This document shows positions 48,834-58,791 of a DNA stretch of 64,000 nt, one piece after another. The stretch spans positions 45,564 through 109,563 of the forward strand of contig CAIWAD010000113.1 in assembly GCA_903910645.1 (NCBI GenBank), given 5' to 3'. Origin of the DNA: an uncultured bacterium (GTDB lineage Bacteria > CAIWAD01). A program made the position numbers and the translations under genes. Within the stretch, counting starts at the first letter, position 1, and every line of letters begins with the position of its first letter. The notes under the pieces are model-generated. The model made no database searches and was not told the origin of the DNA. It saw nothing but the letters and a program-made list of their open reading frames with translations.

Positions 48834-49291
48834 GCCTGCTCCTCCCCGTGCCAGGTGACTTCAGATCCTTCCTGCCGAGGAATGCGGATGAGCAGCAAGC
48901 CATCACGGTAGCTGGCCGCCACTTCCTCCATGAGCAGGCCCGCCGGAAGGGGAATCCGCCGCTCGAAGCCGCCCGTGGAGATCTCCATGGCCAGCCAGCG
49001 TTCCTTGTCCGCCTCCACCACCTCGCGGCGCCGCCCCTGCACCACCAGCTCGTCCAGGCCGGTGGATAGGCGCACATCCTCGCGGCGAATGCCGGCCAGC
49101 TCCATCACCACCACCAGCTCCTTGTCGGTCATGACCAGGTCGGTGGGCGGGGTGAAGGCTCCCGCGGCGTCCAGCTCGTCGGTGCGGTTCTCCAGCAAGG
49201 TGCGGAAGCGACGCTCCAGCTCGGGGTCGGCGCTGCGGATCTGTTCCAACTGTCGGCGATCAAGCATGGATTTCTCTCCTGTGAGGGGCAT
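48830..49291 (-). CDS. Hsp20/alpha-crystallin small heat-shock protein
   Basis: ACD domain sequence. AAGGGGAG RBS. ATGA coupling with lon. Confidence 0.85.
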   Translation of the reverse strand: MPLTGEKSMLDRRQLEQIRSADPELERRFRTLLENRTDELDAAGAFTPPTDLVMTDKELVVVMELAGIRREDVRLSTGLDELVVQGRRREVVEADKERWLAMEISTGGFERRIPLPAGLLMEEVAASYRDGLLLIRIPRQEGSEVTWHGEEQA

Positions 49292-49378
49292 GTCTCAAGC
49301 TCCCCTTCTCATCGGCTCCAAAGCAGGGTGAATTGACCCTCTGTTGGCCAAGGGCGCCACCCAGCTGAGGGGGCGCGC

Positions 49379-50338
49379 TCAGCGCAGGAAGGGATTCTCA
49401 TCCAGGGCGGGAAGCGCATCCAGGTCCAGGCGCTCGCGCAGAATGGCTTCCCATTCCCCCATGCGGCGCCGGTCCGCCAGGCGCAGCTGGATGTCCGCCA
49501 TGGGTGGAATTCCCAGCAGTGTGGCCAGGCCCGGCAGGATGCGCTTTCCCTCCTCCAGGTCCAGATCGCAGGCCATGGCGCGCAGCATGCGGGACAAGAG
49601 CCGGGCACGGGCAGCCGCATCCAGGTCCGGACGCCTCAGACAAGCGCCAAAAATCCACGGCGAGGAAATGGCCGCCCTTCCCAGCACCACCGCTTCCAGG
49701 CGCGGTTGTCCGGCCAGTGCCGCCCGGGCCTCCGCCGCGCTGCGCAGATCCCCACCCGCCCACAGGCGCGGACCACCCGCGGGAAGCAGCTCCACCAGGC
49801 TCCAATCCACCGCCTCGCGGTAGGCCCCTTCCAGGCTGCGCGGATGCAGGCTGAACCAATCCAGGCCCGCTTCCCCGGCCAGTTCGTGCAGCAGCACGAA
49901 ATCCCTGTCCCCTGTCCGCCTCCCGCAGCGGCACTTCACGCCCGCGGGCATGCCACAACCAGCAAGAGCGCTGAGCATGGGTTTCAGGATCTGCCATTGT
50001 CCCAGCAGGGCACTGCCACAGCCGCGCTCCACAATGGGGCCGGCGGGGCAACCCAGATTCAGTTCCACTCCCTGGAATCCCAATTCATCCGCCATGGCCA
50101 GGGCCGGCACAAGTGTGTCCACATCCGGGGCGAAGAGCTGCAGGATCTGGGGACCCTGGCCTTCGCCACGATGGGCGCGGCGCAGACTTCCCGGCGAGCG
50201 TCGCGCCAGCCCTTGTGCGTCCACCAGCCCGGTGCTGGCGCATCCCGCCCCCTGCTCCAGGCAGATGGCACGCATGCCCGCCGTGCTGATACCGGCCATG
50301 GGAGCAAGCAGGAAGGGAGAGGCAAGAGTCAGTGACAT
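49379..50338 (-). CDS. tRNA-dihydrouridine synthase
   Basis: FLLAPMAGIS...ELNLGCP TIM-barrel Dus motifs. Confidence 0.8.
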   Translation of the reverse strand: MSLTLASPFLLAPMAGISTAGMRAICLEQGAGCASTGLVDAQGLARRSPGSLRRAHRGEGQGPQILQLFAPDVDTLVPALAMADELGFQGVELNLGCPAGPIVERGCGSALLGQWQILKPMLSALAGCGMPAGVKCRCGRRTGDRDFVLLHELAGEAGLDWFSLHPRSLEGAYREAVDWSLVELLPAGGPRLWAGGDLRSAAEARAALAGQPRLEAVVLGRAAISSPWIFGACLRRPDLDAAARARLLSRMLRAMACDLDLEEGKRILPGLATLLGIPPMADIQLRLADRRRMGEWEAILRERLDLDALPALDENPFLR

Positions 50339-50429
50339 GGGTTGAAGGTAGCAGGCTTGCAGCGGGCTTGCCTGGAAATGAAAAGGTCCGGCCGAAGCCG
50401 GACCTGATGCTTGCAGAATGGAAAAGGAA

Positions 50430-51350
50430 TCAGCCTGTGAGTTCACTCACCATGCCGCGCACACGCTCCCGCGATCCCTTGATGTCCCGCCGCATGGCGG
50501 CCAGCAGTTCACGCGTGCCTTCCTCGTCCAGCGCGGGCTTCATGCTGCACAGCACATGCCAGGCGGGATCCAGCTCCAGCTCCCACAGGCTGTCCTCGCC
50601 CAGGCAGCTCAGATCCTCATCCTTCACCAGGTGGTTGGCCATGCGCACGCAGGCCACCAGGTTGGCGCTGGGATGGGCTGGATCGAAGGCGTGATGTTGG
50701 CTGATGGCCGCGCTCAGGCTGTCCGGCAGTCCCCACTTGGCGGCCAGCTTCTCCCCCACATCGGCATGGTCCAGCCCAAGCAGGCGGGTCTCCGCCTCGA
50801 ACTGGGGCAGGCCGCGCCGGTGGGACAAATCCAGACAGTCGCGGAATTCAGCGTGGAAATGCTGGTCCAGGACCACCTTGCCCACATCGTGCAGAAGGCC
50901 TGCGGTGAAATCCACGCCACGGAAGTCCAGCCCGAAATGGGCCGCCACGCGCACGGCGATCTCCCCCGTGCCCACGCTGTGGGCCCAAAACTGCTCCTTG
51001 TCCAGGATGCGTCCACGAGTGAAGGCGTCGTCGAAGGAGCGCATGACCGAGATGGTGGTCACCAGGCGATGGATCTCCTTCGCCCCCAGCAGCACCATGG
51101 CCTCGTGCAGGCTGTCAATCTGCCGTGGGCGCCCGTAGATGGCGCTGTTGGCCAGCTTCAGCAGCCGCGCGGTCAGGGCGGGATCCTGCTGCACCAGTCC
51201 CATCAGCTCATCGATGTTGTAGTTGGCGTCGGACAACAGGCGCAACATGTCGGACACCACACGCGGCAGCGAGGGCAGGGTGTCCAGAGTGGCGATGCGC
51301 TCCAGAATGCGCTGGCGGCGCTCGTGCTCCATCCGCCGGGCTTCAGTCAT
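50430..51350 (-). CDS. HDOD domain signalling protein
   Basis: HDOD family similarity (LPSLPRVVSDMLRLLSD...HDVGK). Confidence 0.75.
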   Translation of the reverse strand: MTEARRMEHERRQRILERIATLDTLPSLPRVVSDMLRLLSDANYNIDELMGLVQQDPALTARLLKLANSAIYGRPRQIDSLHEAMVLLGAKEIHRLVTTISVMRSFDDAFTRGRILDKEQFWAHSVGTGEIAVRVAAHFGLDFRGVDFTAGLLHDVGKVVLDQHFHAEFRDCLDLSHRRGLPQFEAETRLLGLDHADVGEKLAAKWGLPDSLSAAISQHHAFDPAHPSANLVACVRMANHLVKDEDLSCLGEDSLWELELDPAWHVLCSMKPALDEEGTRELLAAMRRDIKGSRERVRGMVSELTG

Positions 51351-52023
51351 TGACCACTCCCAAGAAGCTTTGCACGCGTAACCCAAGTTCGCCAAGCCGG
51401 AAGGGCTTGGTCATGAAGCCCACATTGTTGTAATGGAAGGTCTCGAAGACCTGGCTCACGGAGGTGCTTCCCGTCATGAGCAGGACCGGCAGATCCGGCG
51501 AGCAGCTCTTGATCTCCATGAGGATCTTGAAGCCGTTCATGCGTGGCATGTAGACATCGCACAGCACCAGATCCGGGTGGCACTTGTGGAAGAGCTGCAT
51601 GGCCTCCAGCCCATTGTGGGCCTGGATCACCTCATAGCCCCGTTGTTGCAGATACCACGACACCGTGGCGTTGCTGTCCACATCATCCTCCGCCACCAGA
51701 ACGGTCTGCTTGCGCTGCGCAACGGATTCATTCGCCCGCGCGGCGGCGCCCTCCTGGCGGGCATTCTCGATCTCTCGCCGTTCGTCGATGCTGCGCGCCA
51801 GCAAGCGGGCCACCAGCTCGGGCCGTTTCATGGCCAGCTTGAGCAGCTCGTCACCGGAAGTGCACTTCTCCATCACAAGCTTCAGCATGGCGTCCTCATC
51901 GGTGAGCGAGGACAGGGCCAGCTCCAGGCCGCCCCCACCTTCCTCAGACAAGGTTGCCAGCAACTCGTCCTCATCCGTCCGCTGGGCGCCATGGACGGGA
52001 ACCACCTGCTCCGCGCCCTTCAC
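51343..52023 (-). CDS. Response regulator (N-terminal unknown region + C-terminal REC)
   Basis: REC motifs VLVAEDD...DVYMPRMNGFK. GTG start. Confidence 0.75.
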   Translation of the reverse strand: MKGAEQVVPVHGAQRTDEDELLATLSEEGGGGLELALSSLTDEDAMLKLVMEKCTSGDELLKLAMKRPELVARLLARSIDERREIENARQEGAAARANESVAQRKQTVLVAEDDVDSNATVSWYLQQRGYEVIQAHNGLEAMQLFHKCHPDLVLCDVYMPRMNGFKILMEIKSCSPDLPVLLMTGSTSVSQVFETFHYNNVGFMTKPFRLGELGLRVQSFLGVVND

Positions 52024-53312
52024 GATGCGGACCCCAGCATGCTGCGGATGCGCTCACCCAGCTCGCTAAGCCGGAAGGGCTTGGCCAGGAAGCTGACATT
52101 GCGGTACTTGGATGAGTTCAAGACCTCGGCGGCGGAGCTGTAGCCCGTCATCATGAGCATGGGCAGTTCCGGCACGCGGTTCTTCACCTCAAGCAAAAGC
52201 TTGAACCCATTCATGCGCGGCATGTAGACATCGCTGAGGATAAGGGCCGGACGGCGGGCCTTGAACAAGCTCATGGCCTCCACGCCATCCTCCGCCTGAT
52301 GGACTTCGTAGCCCTGCAATAGCAGGTAGTGGGCCGTGAGTTCGCGGATGTTCTGCTCGTCCTCCACCAGCAGCAGGACGGGCACCACATTGTCCTGGCT
52401 TACCCGGGCGCGGATCTGGCTGGCCAGTTCCGCCGGGCCGGAGGCCGTGGCGGCCAACAACGCGCTGATGTCCCTGGACAGGCGGCGCATGCCGCGATCC
52501 CCTTCGTCGGGGATTTGGATGATGCGCAGGCAAGGGTTGGAACGGCGCATCTGCGTTAGCAGGCTGGCATGCCGCTCGGCGCACACGCTGTCCACAATCA
52601 GGAAGTCCACTTCGTCGCTTTCCGCCAGGGTGCCGTTCTCACCCACGCGAAGCGGGCTGGCGCCCACATCCACCAGGGCCTCAAGCAGATCGCTCTGCTG
52701 GTCGGCCAGGCTTAGCAGCACGCGGATGCGGCTGTTCACCACGGGAAGCGCGGAGTCACCATCCGGAACGGGCAGAGTGGGCAAGCCCGCAGGCGGCGCG
52801 CTCTCACGCGGGGCCTTGGCCGGTTCCGGGGCGCGGGGCGTGGCGGCGGGCGTCCCCAGGGTGGAATTGAGCCCCTGGGAGCCTGCGGGCAATTCCGCCT
52901 GCTGGCGGAACTCCAAGGCACGCTGTTGCAAAGCGTGGAGGCGTTCCAGGTAGAAGCTGTCCGGTGTGTTGCGCGGCAGGTACTCGGCCAATTGGATCAG
53001 CGCCAGCTGCTCGCGCTCTTCGCGCAGCGCCACCCGGTCCGCGGGATCGGCCGAACCAATCACAATCACGCCGCCGGCGGCCATGCGCGGGAAAATCTCC
53101 CGGATCATGGTCATGGCCACCGTCACATCCCGGCGCTCCTCGCGCAGATCGAAAATGACCACATCCGGCAAGGCCGTGCGGTAGGCGGACAGGGCACCGC
53201 GTCCCACGGGAAAGAACTGCACGCGGCCCAGGCGCTCATCCCGGACGCTCTCGTCCAGGTGCTCGGCCCAGGTGGCGTCGCTGCTGATCAGATAGACGAT
53301 GGTGGACTTCAC
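52020..53312 (-). CDS. Multi-REC response regulator (two degenerate REC-like domains + canonical C-terminal REC), paralogous to the downstream regulator
   Basis: C-terminal REC shares the DVYMPRMNGFKLL motif with 51343-52023. GTG start overlapping the stop of the sigma54 activator. Confidence 0.7.
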   Translation of the reverse strand: MKSTIVYLISSDATWAEHLDESVRDERLGRVQFFPVGRGALSAYRTALPDVVIFDLREERRDVTVAMTMIREIFPRMAAGGVIVIGSADPADRVALREEREQLALIQLAEYLPRNTPDSFYLERLHALQQRALEFRQQAELPAGSQGLNSTLGTPAATPRAPEPAKAPRESAPPAGLPTLPVPDGDSALPVVNSRIRVLLSLADQQSDLLEALVDVGASPLRVGENGTLAESDEVDFLIVDSVCAERHASLLTQMRRSNPCLRIIQIPDEGDRGMRRLSRDISALLAATASGPAELASQIRARVSQDNVVPVLLLVEDEQNIRELTAHYLLLQGYEVHQAEDGVEAMSLFKARRPALILSDVYMPRMNGFKLLLEVKNRVPELPMLMMTGYSSAAEVLNSSKYRNVSFLAKPFRLSELGERIRSMLGSAS

Positions 53313-54832
53313 AAATGGCCTGAATGCTTGCTCTGTGCGTTGTGCGCGTGACTCTCCTTTGCCCTATCGGCAGGCGGGACGGGCAACTTGCGTGCCGACG
53401 GATCGGAACCGTGCCCTTTCGCCGGACTTTTCCGGCGGAACTGCGAAGGCTCAAGACCCAGGCGCTTCAGCTTGGCTTGCAGGTTCTTGCGCGCGATGCC
53501 CAGGCGCCGGGAACAGGCGGAGACATTGCCGTCCTCCTCTTCCAGCACGCGGGCCAGCAAGTCCTGCTCAAAGCGCTCCCGGGCCTCTTCAAGGGTAAGA
53601 CCTGCCAGATCGGCACCCCAAGGCGGATGCGGGGCCTCGGCGCCGGTGCGGCGATACTCCGGCGGCAACTGCGCCAGGCCCAAACTGTCGCCAACATGCA
53701 GGAGGCAGCGCTCTAGCAGGTTTTCCAGTTCACGAATGTTGCCCGGCCAATCCAGGTTGGCCAGGTGCTCCAGCAGCTCATCATCCACGCGGGGCAGCTC
53801 CCGCCGCAAGCGTTGGCAGTGACGGGCCAGGATGAAGTCCACCAGCTCCGGCAGGTCCTCGCGCCGTTCGCGCAAGGGAGGCAAATGCAGTTCCAGCACA
53901 TTCAGCCGGTAGTAGAGATCCTGGCGGAACTCGCCATCCGCCATGGCTTTGGACAGGTTGCGATTGGTGGCGCTGATGAGGCGGATGTTCACCTTGCGGG
54001 TGCGCGAACTCCCCACCGGCTCGAATTCCCGTTCCTGCAGCACGCGCAGCAGTTTGGCCTGCAGTTCGGGCCGCAGTTCGCCAATCTCGTCCAGGAACAG
54101 CGTGCCGCCCTCGGCTTCCGCCACGCGGCCCTTGCGATCCCTGTCCGCGCCGGTGAAGGCTCCGCGCACATGGCCGAAAAGTTCACTCTCCAACAGGGTG
54201 GCGGGAATGGCCGCCGCACTGACGCGTATGAATGGACCGACGCGGCGAGGGGAGAAATGGTGGATCAGGCTGGCCATCAATTCCTTGCCCGTACCGGATT
54301 CCCCAGTCACCAGCACGCTGGCATCGCTGTCCGCAATGCGGTTGATGGTAAGCTGCAAGAGGTTGTTCATGCGACGGTTGCGGCTGGCGGGAAGGCCCTG
54401 CTGCAGGCGTCGCAGCATTTCCGTCATCAGTTGACCGCCCCGGGAGGACAAGTGCAGATCCTGGGCAAGGACCTGGATGTCCGCCAACAAGCGGGGAAAG
54501 TCCACTGGTTTGGTGATGTAGCCCAGGGCGCCCTTGCGCATGGCGGCCACGGCATCGGGAATACTGCCATAGCCGGTGAACAGCATGACGCGTGTGCCCG
54601 GATGCTGGGCAAGCACCGCATCCAACAATTGCAGCCCGTCCATGCGCGGCATGCGGATATCAGACAGCACCAGCTGGGCGGGGGCCTCTTCCAACAGCTG
54701 CAGGGCTTCCCGGCCATCCATGGCTTGGCGCACGCGGTGTCCGGCCTCGACAAGAAGCTCGGAAACCACTTCGCGGACAACGCGCTCGTCGTCCACCACC
54801 AGAATGCTCAGCGGCGTATCAGTGCTGTCCAT
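53309..54832 (-). CDS. Sigma54-dependent transcriptional activator (REC + AAA+ sigma54-interaction + Fis-type HTH), NtrC family
   Basis: GESGTGKE Walker A, GAFTGA motif, and a C-terminal HTH. Confidence 0.9.
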   Translation of the reverse strand: MDSTDTPLSILVVDDERVVREVVSELLVEAGHRVRQAMDGREALQLLEEAPAQLVLSDIRMPRMDGLQLLDAVLAQHPGTRVMLFTGYGSIPDAVAAMRKGALGYITKPVDFPRLLADIQVLAQDLHLSSRGGQLMTEMLRRLQQGLPASRNRRMNNLLQLTINRIADSDASVLVTGESGTGKELMASLIHHFSPRRVGPFIRVSAAAIPATLLESELFGHVRGAFTGADRDRKGRVAEAEGGTLFLDEIGELRPELQAKLLRVLQEREFEPVGSSRTRKVNIRLISATNRNLSKAMADGEFRQDLYYRLNVLELHLPPLRERREDLPELVDFILARHCQRLRRELPRVDDELLEHLANLDWPGNIRELENLLERCLLHVGDSLGLAQLPPEYRRTGAEAPHPPWGADLAGLTLEEARERFEQDLLARVLEEEDGNVSACSRRLGIARKNLQAKLKRLGLEPSQFRRKSPAKGHGSDPSARKLPVPPADRAKESHAHNAQSKHSGHL

Positions 54833-55014
54833 GGGTGAAGGCCCAATCGATGCAAGGATTGGTCAACCGGTTCCAACTGCGTGACCAATGTACCCAGCGC
54901 CTGCTCCCAGCGCAATGCGGAAGGCTGGGCTCCTTTCAAAGCAAGGGAATGGCGCCTGGCTTGATCCTTGATGGAGACAGTGATTTTTCTCGCCCCGCCT
55001 GCCGACATTGGAGC

Positions 55015-55320
55015 ATGGTCGTCAAGCTTTTCGCCTGGAATCCCTATCGCTTCCACTGCTACGGCGTGCCCGGCTCCGGCATGCCCGGACTGGCGCCGGG
55101 GCCCGAGGACGATGCGGACGAAATCTGGATTGCCGACCTCTTCCCTGCGTGGATGATTCCCGGCCTGGCTCTGCATGAATGGGTGGAATTGAAGTGGGGA
55201 AGCCATCGGCTGGCGGTGGCGGCGGAACTTGTGTGTTACAACCTGCTCTGGCCCGCCTACCACCTTAGCTACTTGTGGATCGTGTGGCGCCATCCCTTGT
55301 CCAACAAACTCTTCGAATAG
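55015..55320 (+). CDS. Hypothetical small protein (101 aa)
   Basis: ORF with a GGAG upstream. Trp/aromatic rich, no family recognised. Confidence 0.3.
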   Translation: MVVKLFAWNPYRFHCYGVPGSGMPGLAPGPEDDADEIWIADLFPAWMIPGLALHEWVELKWGSHRLAVAAELVCYNLLWPAYHLSYLWIVWRHPLSNKLFE

Positions 55321-55331
55321 GCCCGCCGGGC

Positions 55332-56210
55332 TCAGTCGCTGTCTCCCTCCTCCAGCAGTCTGCGCAGCTTCTCCGCCAAACGGCGTGCGCGGAATCCCGT
55401 GACCGGTCGAATGCGCGCCCCCAGCTCCAATACCAGATCCCCCATGCCCTGGGCGGCGGGCAGGCCCTGTCCCTTCAAGCGGATGCGCTGCCCCTGCTGG
55501 CTTCCGGCGGGTAGATTCAAGTCCAGATTGCGGCCCTTGGGCGTGCGCAGGCTGTAGCTTCCGCCCGTCATGAGCAGGAGAGCGTCCACCTCCACAGTCA
55601 GGTGCAGATCCGACCCCTCCAGGCGAAGTCCAGCAGGCAACTGGGCGTGCAGCACCAGGATCAGGCGCCCTGCCGGCCCGCCATGGCGGCCGGGCAAGCC
55701 CATGCCGGGCAGGACCAATTCATCACCTGGAATGATGCGCAGAGGAAGTTTGAGATCCAGTGGAGGCTGGCTGCCCAGCTCCACGCGGAAGGATCCGCCG
55801 CCTTCAAACCGCTCCAGGGGCAGGGGGAGATGGCGCCGCAGATCCTGTCCCGCCTGGGGTCGAGGGGCCTCCGGACGCGGCCCTTCCGTGCTGTCCCGTT
55901 GCGGCCTGGGGCCCCCTTCCCGGGCGGCTGGTCGGGGCCGTGAAGGTCCAGGACGCGGAGCACCGCCGGCACGGGGTCGGTCGGCAGGGCCGGCCAAGCG
56001 CGCGTCATACGCGGCGCGCTGGGCGGGATCACCCAACACACGATATGCCTCATGCAGTGCTTTGAAGCGATCTTCCGCTTGAGGATCATTGGGATTGCGG
56101 TCCGGATGCCACTCCTTGGCCAGGCGCTTCCACGCCCGGCGAATGTCTTCATCCGAAGCCCCCGGCAGCAGACCAAGGCGCTGGTAAAAGTCCCCTGCGG
56201 CTTCCGCCAT
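55332..56210 (-). CDS. J-domain protein (CbpA/DnaJ-like, J domain + DnaJ C-terminal-like domain, no Zn finger)
   Basis: J domain DFYQRLGL...HPDRNP (HPD motif), a Pro/Arg-rich linker, and a C-terminal substrate-binding-like region. Confidence 0.8.
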   Translation of the reverse strand: MAEAAGDFYQRLGLLPGASDEDIRRAWKRLAKEWHPDRNPNDPQAEDRFKALHEAYRVLGDPAQRAAYDARLAGPADRPRAGGAPRPGPSRPRPAAREGGPRPQRDSTEGPRPEAPRPQAGQDLRRHLPLPLERFEGGGSFRVELGSQPPLDLKLPLRIIPGDELVLPGMGLPGRHGGPAGRLILVLHAQLPAGLRLEGSDLHLTVEVDALLLMTGGSYSLRTPKGRNLDLNLPAGSQQGQRIRLKGQGLPAAQGMGDLVLELGARIRPVTGFRARRLAEKLRRLLEEGDSD

Positions 56211-56592
56211 GGCAATCCCCCGTCCTGACATCCACTTCCAACATAATACCACGAAAGGCCGTGGGGCTTTGATCCATCCCTGAACTTCAGGCACAAGAAG
56301 AAGCCGGCATACCCGCCACCGACCTTCAGGATCCTGGGAAAGTCCCTTCAGCGGCTACGATGAAGCCCGCCAGGCGGCCATTTCAAGGGGATTCGCTGAC
56401 AGGGCAGCCTTGTCCCCCCCTTGCCCGCCACTCTGAGACCCCAGGGTTCCACTCCAGTGCCACGCGCTTTCAAAAAGGTGAATAGCCCAACCTGGAGCTG
56501 GTTCGATTCACCCATTTTGGTTCAGGCAACCTGTTGCGATTCAATCACTTCCACACTTGAGCGACTGACCAAGTTCCGAAGTTCGCAAGAGC

Positions 56593-56608
56593 TGGCACGG
56601 CCTTTGCG
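56593..56608 (+). promoter_or_regulatory. Sigma54 (-24/-12) promoter, exact match
   Basis: TGGCAC-GGCCT-TTGCG with correct GG-N10-GC spacing, 36 nt upstream of the ATG at 56644. Confidence 0.5.
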
Positions 56609-56643
56609 CTATGGGATTATCGACAAAGCAGCAGGAGGAAAAA

Positions 56644-56952
56644 ATGGCCTTTGCATCCCCTTCCCTTCCCGAGAGCGCCCATTTGGCCGACACGCTTCGC
56701 CGCTTCAAGATGCACAAGCGCACCTTGGAAGCACGCTTGCAGGCTGTGCGTGAGGAGAGGGACGACTTGCGCCACATGGTGAGCATCCCGGTGAATCCCC
56801 GCAGCCGTCAGCAGCCGCTGATGGATGTGGAAAAGGACAGCCGCCTGGTGGAGATCTTCGCAAAGGTGGACAAGGGCCGTTATTTCCAGCGTGATCTGGC
56901 GGAGGACATCAGTGAGAAGCTGATGGATCGCCTCTGGAGCATCACCTTTTAA
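56644..56952 (+). CDS. Hypothetical small protein (102 aa), candidate sigma54-dependent gene
   Basis: AGGAGGAAAAA-ATG RBS. Coiled-coil-like sequence with no Cys. Confidence 0.4.
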   Translation: MAFASPSLPESAHLADTLRRFKMHKRTLEARLQAVREERDDLRHMVSIPVNPRSRQQPLMDVEKDSRLVEIFAKVDKGRYFQRDLAEDISEKLMDRLWSITF

Positions 56953-57280
56953 CTCGACCTACCTTCTTGATCTGGCTGAGGTGACAGGCGTGGCCTGTCG
57001 CGGATCGGACGCCCGCCAGGGTTTCCGCTTCGCGGCGGGCCACCGCTTTATCAGCCAATTGCAATCCCCGCTATCGCTTTCATTTGCCCGCCGGGGCTGC
57101 CATCGCTGCGTAGGCCGGGATCTCTCTTCACCACAGATTCCCGCTGGCGCTTAACTGACGGACGGCGGGCCATGTTTCCCTTTCCCCACAACAGCAACGG
57201 GAACGGGAAGGAGTCGATAACTTGGTGGAGCAAGACCATGACGGCTTGACCACTTTGGCACTTCCAATCGCGAGGCAAAC

Positions 57281-58735
57281 ATGAACCGTGCACTGTGTTT
57301 GGCAACTCCCCTGCTGCTCCTGGGCGCGCTGCCCTTGATGGCCCAGGAGGAGGGAGCGGTCCCGGAGCAAGCTGCGGAAGGGATGAAGGCAGCCATGGGA
57401 ATCGGCGCCGTCACCATGGATGGCCAGACCTGGACCCAGATCGCCCTGCGGCCGGAGATTCCCATTGGCAAACTGGGCATAGCCCTGGACCTTACCCTGT
57501 ATTTCGACTCGGATGGCAACATCCGCAAGCAGGATTGGGATGAGGGCAAGGACCTGATCGAGAAGATCTACTACATCCGCTGGGGCCACAAAGGGGATAA
57601 CCTATACCTGAAGGCCGGCGCCCTGGATGATGTGACCCTGGGCTACGGCATGCTGGTGCGCCACTACGCCAACACGGTCGAGTACCCCGCCGTGCGCCGG
57701 GTGGGTGGCGAGTTCGACGTGAAACTGGGCGGCCCCCAGGTGGAAGGCTTCGTGGGCAATGTGCGCGAGCTGGACGGTCCCGGTCTCGTCGGCCTGCGCG
57801 CCAGCTACCCGGTCATTGGCAACCTGCGGGTGGGCGCCTCCTTCGTGATGGACGGCAACCTCTACGCCGGCATGGCCGACCAGGACGACGACCATGTTCC
57901 GGATCAGCTGGACCGTTTTCCCGACCACAACGACAGCGACGAATATGTGCTGTGGGATGATCTGCACACCGCGCTGGGGGATGGCGAGTTGTGGGAACGC
58001 ATGAAAGAGAGCGCCAGCTATCCCGGCGACGACTGGCTGGACAATCCGCTGGCGGACTATTCAAAAGCTGAAGAGAGCCTGCAGGCCATGGGGGCGGATC
58101 TGGGCTACGAGTTGCTGCCCAATCTGGATCTCTATTTCCAGGCGGCCAGCTTCACGGGTTATGGCACTGGCTGGGCGCCGGGTGTGCGCTGGCGGCCCTT
58201 CAACTGGCTGCAGGCCGGCGCCGAGTACCGCAACTGGGGCGAGCAGTTCATTGGGGATTTCTTCAACCGCACCTATGATGTGGAGCGCACCATTTTCCGC
58301 GGCGACAGCTTGTACACGCGGGAAGAGCTGCTGAAGGACGCCCCCGCCATGAGCGGCCTCTACGCCGACGCCAGCGCCAGCCTCTTCAACCTCATCACCT
58401 TCAGCGCGGCATGGAACACCATGAAGCCCAAGGACGCGGCGAATGCCGTGGACTGGAACAGTTTGTGGGGCGATGCCCGCTTGAATCTGGCCAAGGTGCC
58501 CAAGATCAAGGAGCTGAGCGCCTACTACAACCAGGTGGGCGCGGAGGATCTGCTGGACATCAAGAACGAGCACGCCGTGCACGGCCTGCGCGTTGGTTAC
58601 GAGGTGGCCCCGGGCGCCCTCATGCGCCTGGACTGGCGCACCACCTACACGGATCGCAATGGCGACGGTGAGATCAAGGGCGACGCCGAGGAGAACCGCA
58701 CCTTCCTGGTGGAGACCGTTTTCCAGCTGAAATAG
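57281..58735 (+). CDS. Secreted, probable outer-membrane protein of unknown family
   Basis: Signal peptide MNRALCLATPLLLLGALPLMAQE, beta-strand-rich alternating pattern, and a C-terminal aromatic (F-Q-L-K). Confidence 0.55.
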   Translation: MNRALCLATPLLLLGALPLMAQEEGAVPEQAAEGMKAAMGIGAVTMDGQTWTQIALRPEIPIGKLGIALDLTLYFDSDGNIRKQDWDEGKDLIEKIYYIRWGHKGDNLYLKAGALDDVTLGYGMLVRHYANTVEYPAVRRVGGEFDVKLGGPQVEGFVGNVRELDGPGLVGLRASYPVIGNLRVGASFVMDGNLYAGMADQDDDHVPDQLDRFPDHNDSDEYVLWDDLHTALGDGELWERMKESASYPGDDWLDNPLADYSKAEESLQAMGADLGYELLPNLDLYFQAASFTGYGTGWAPGVRWRPFNWLQAGAEYRNWGEQFIGDFFNRTYDVERTIFRGDSLYTREELLKDAPAMSGLYADASASLFNLITFSAAWNTMKPKDAANAVDWNSLWGDARLNLAKVPKIKELSAYYNQVGAEDLLDIKNEHAVHGLRVGYEVAPGALMRLDWRTTYTDRNGDGEIKGDAEENRTFLVETVFQLK

Positions 58736-58759
58736 TCGCCTGGCGGCTTGAACATGCAT

Positions 58760-58791
58760 GGGCCTCGTCCACCGGGACGGGGCCCTTTTTT
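58760..58791 (+). terminator. Rho-independent terminator
   Basis: GGGCCTCGTCC-ACCG-GGACGGGGCCC followed by TTTTTT. Confidence 0.7.

Noticed and set aside
56480-56510. tRNA-like GGTTCGATTC (T-loop-like) sequence
   Set aside because: No acceptor, D or anticodon arms can be folded around it. It is part of a direct repeat upstream of a sigma54 promoter.
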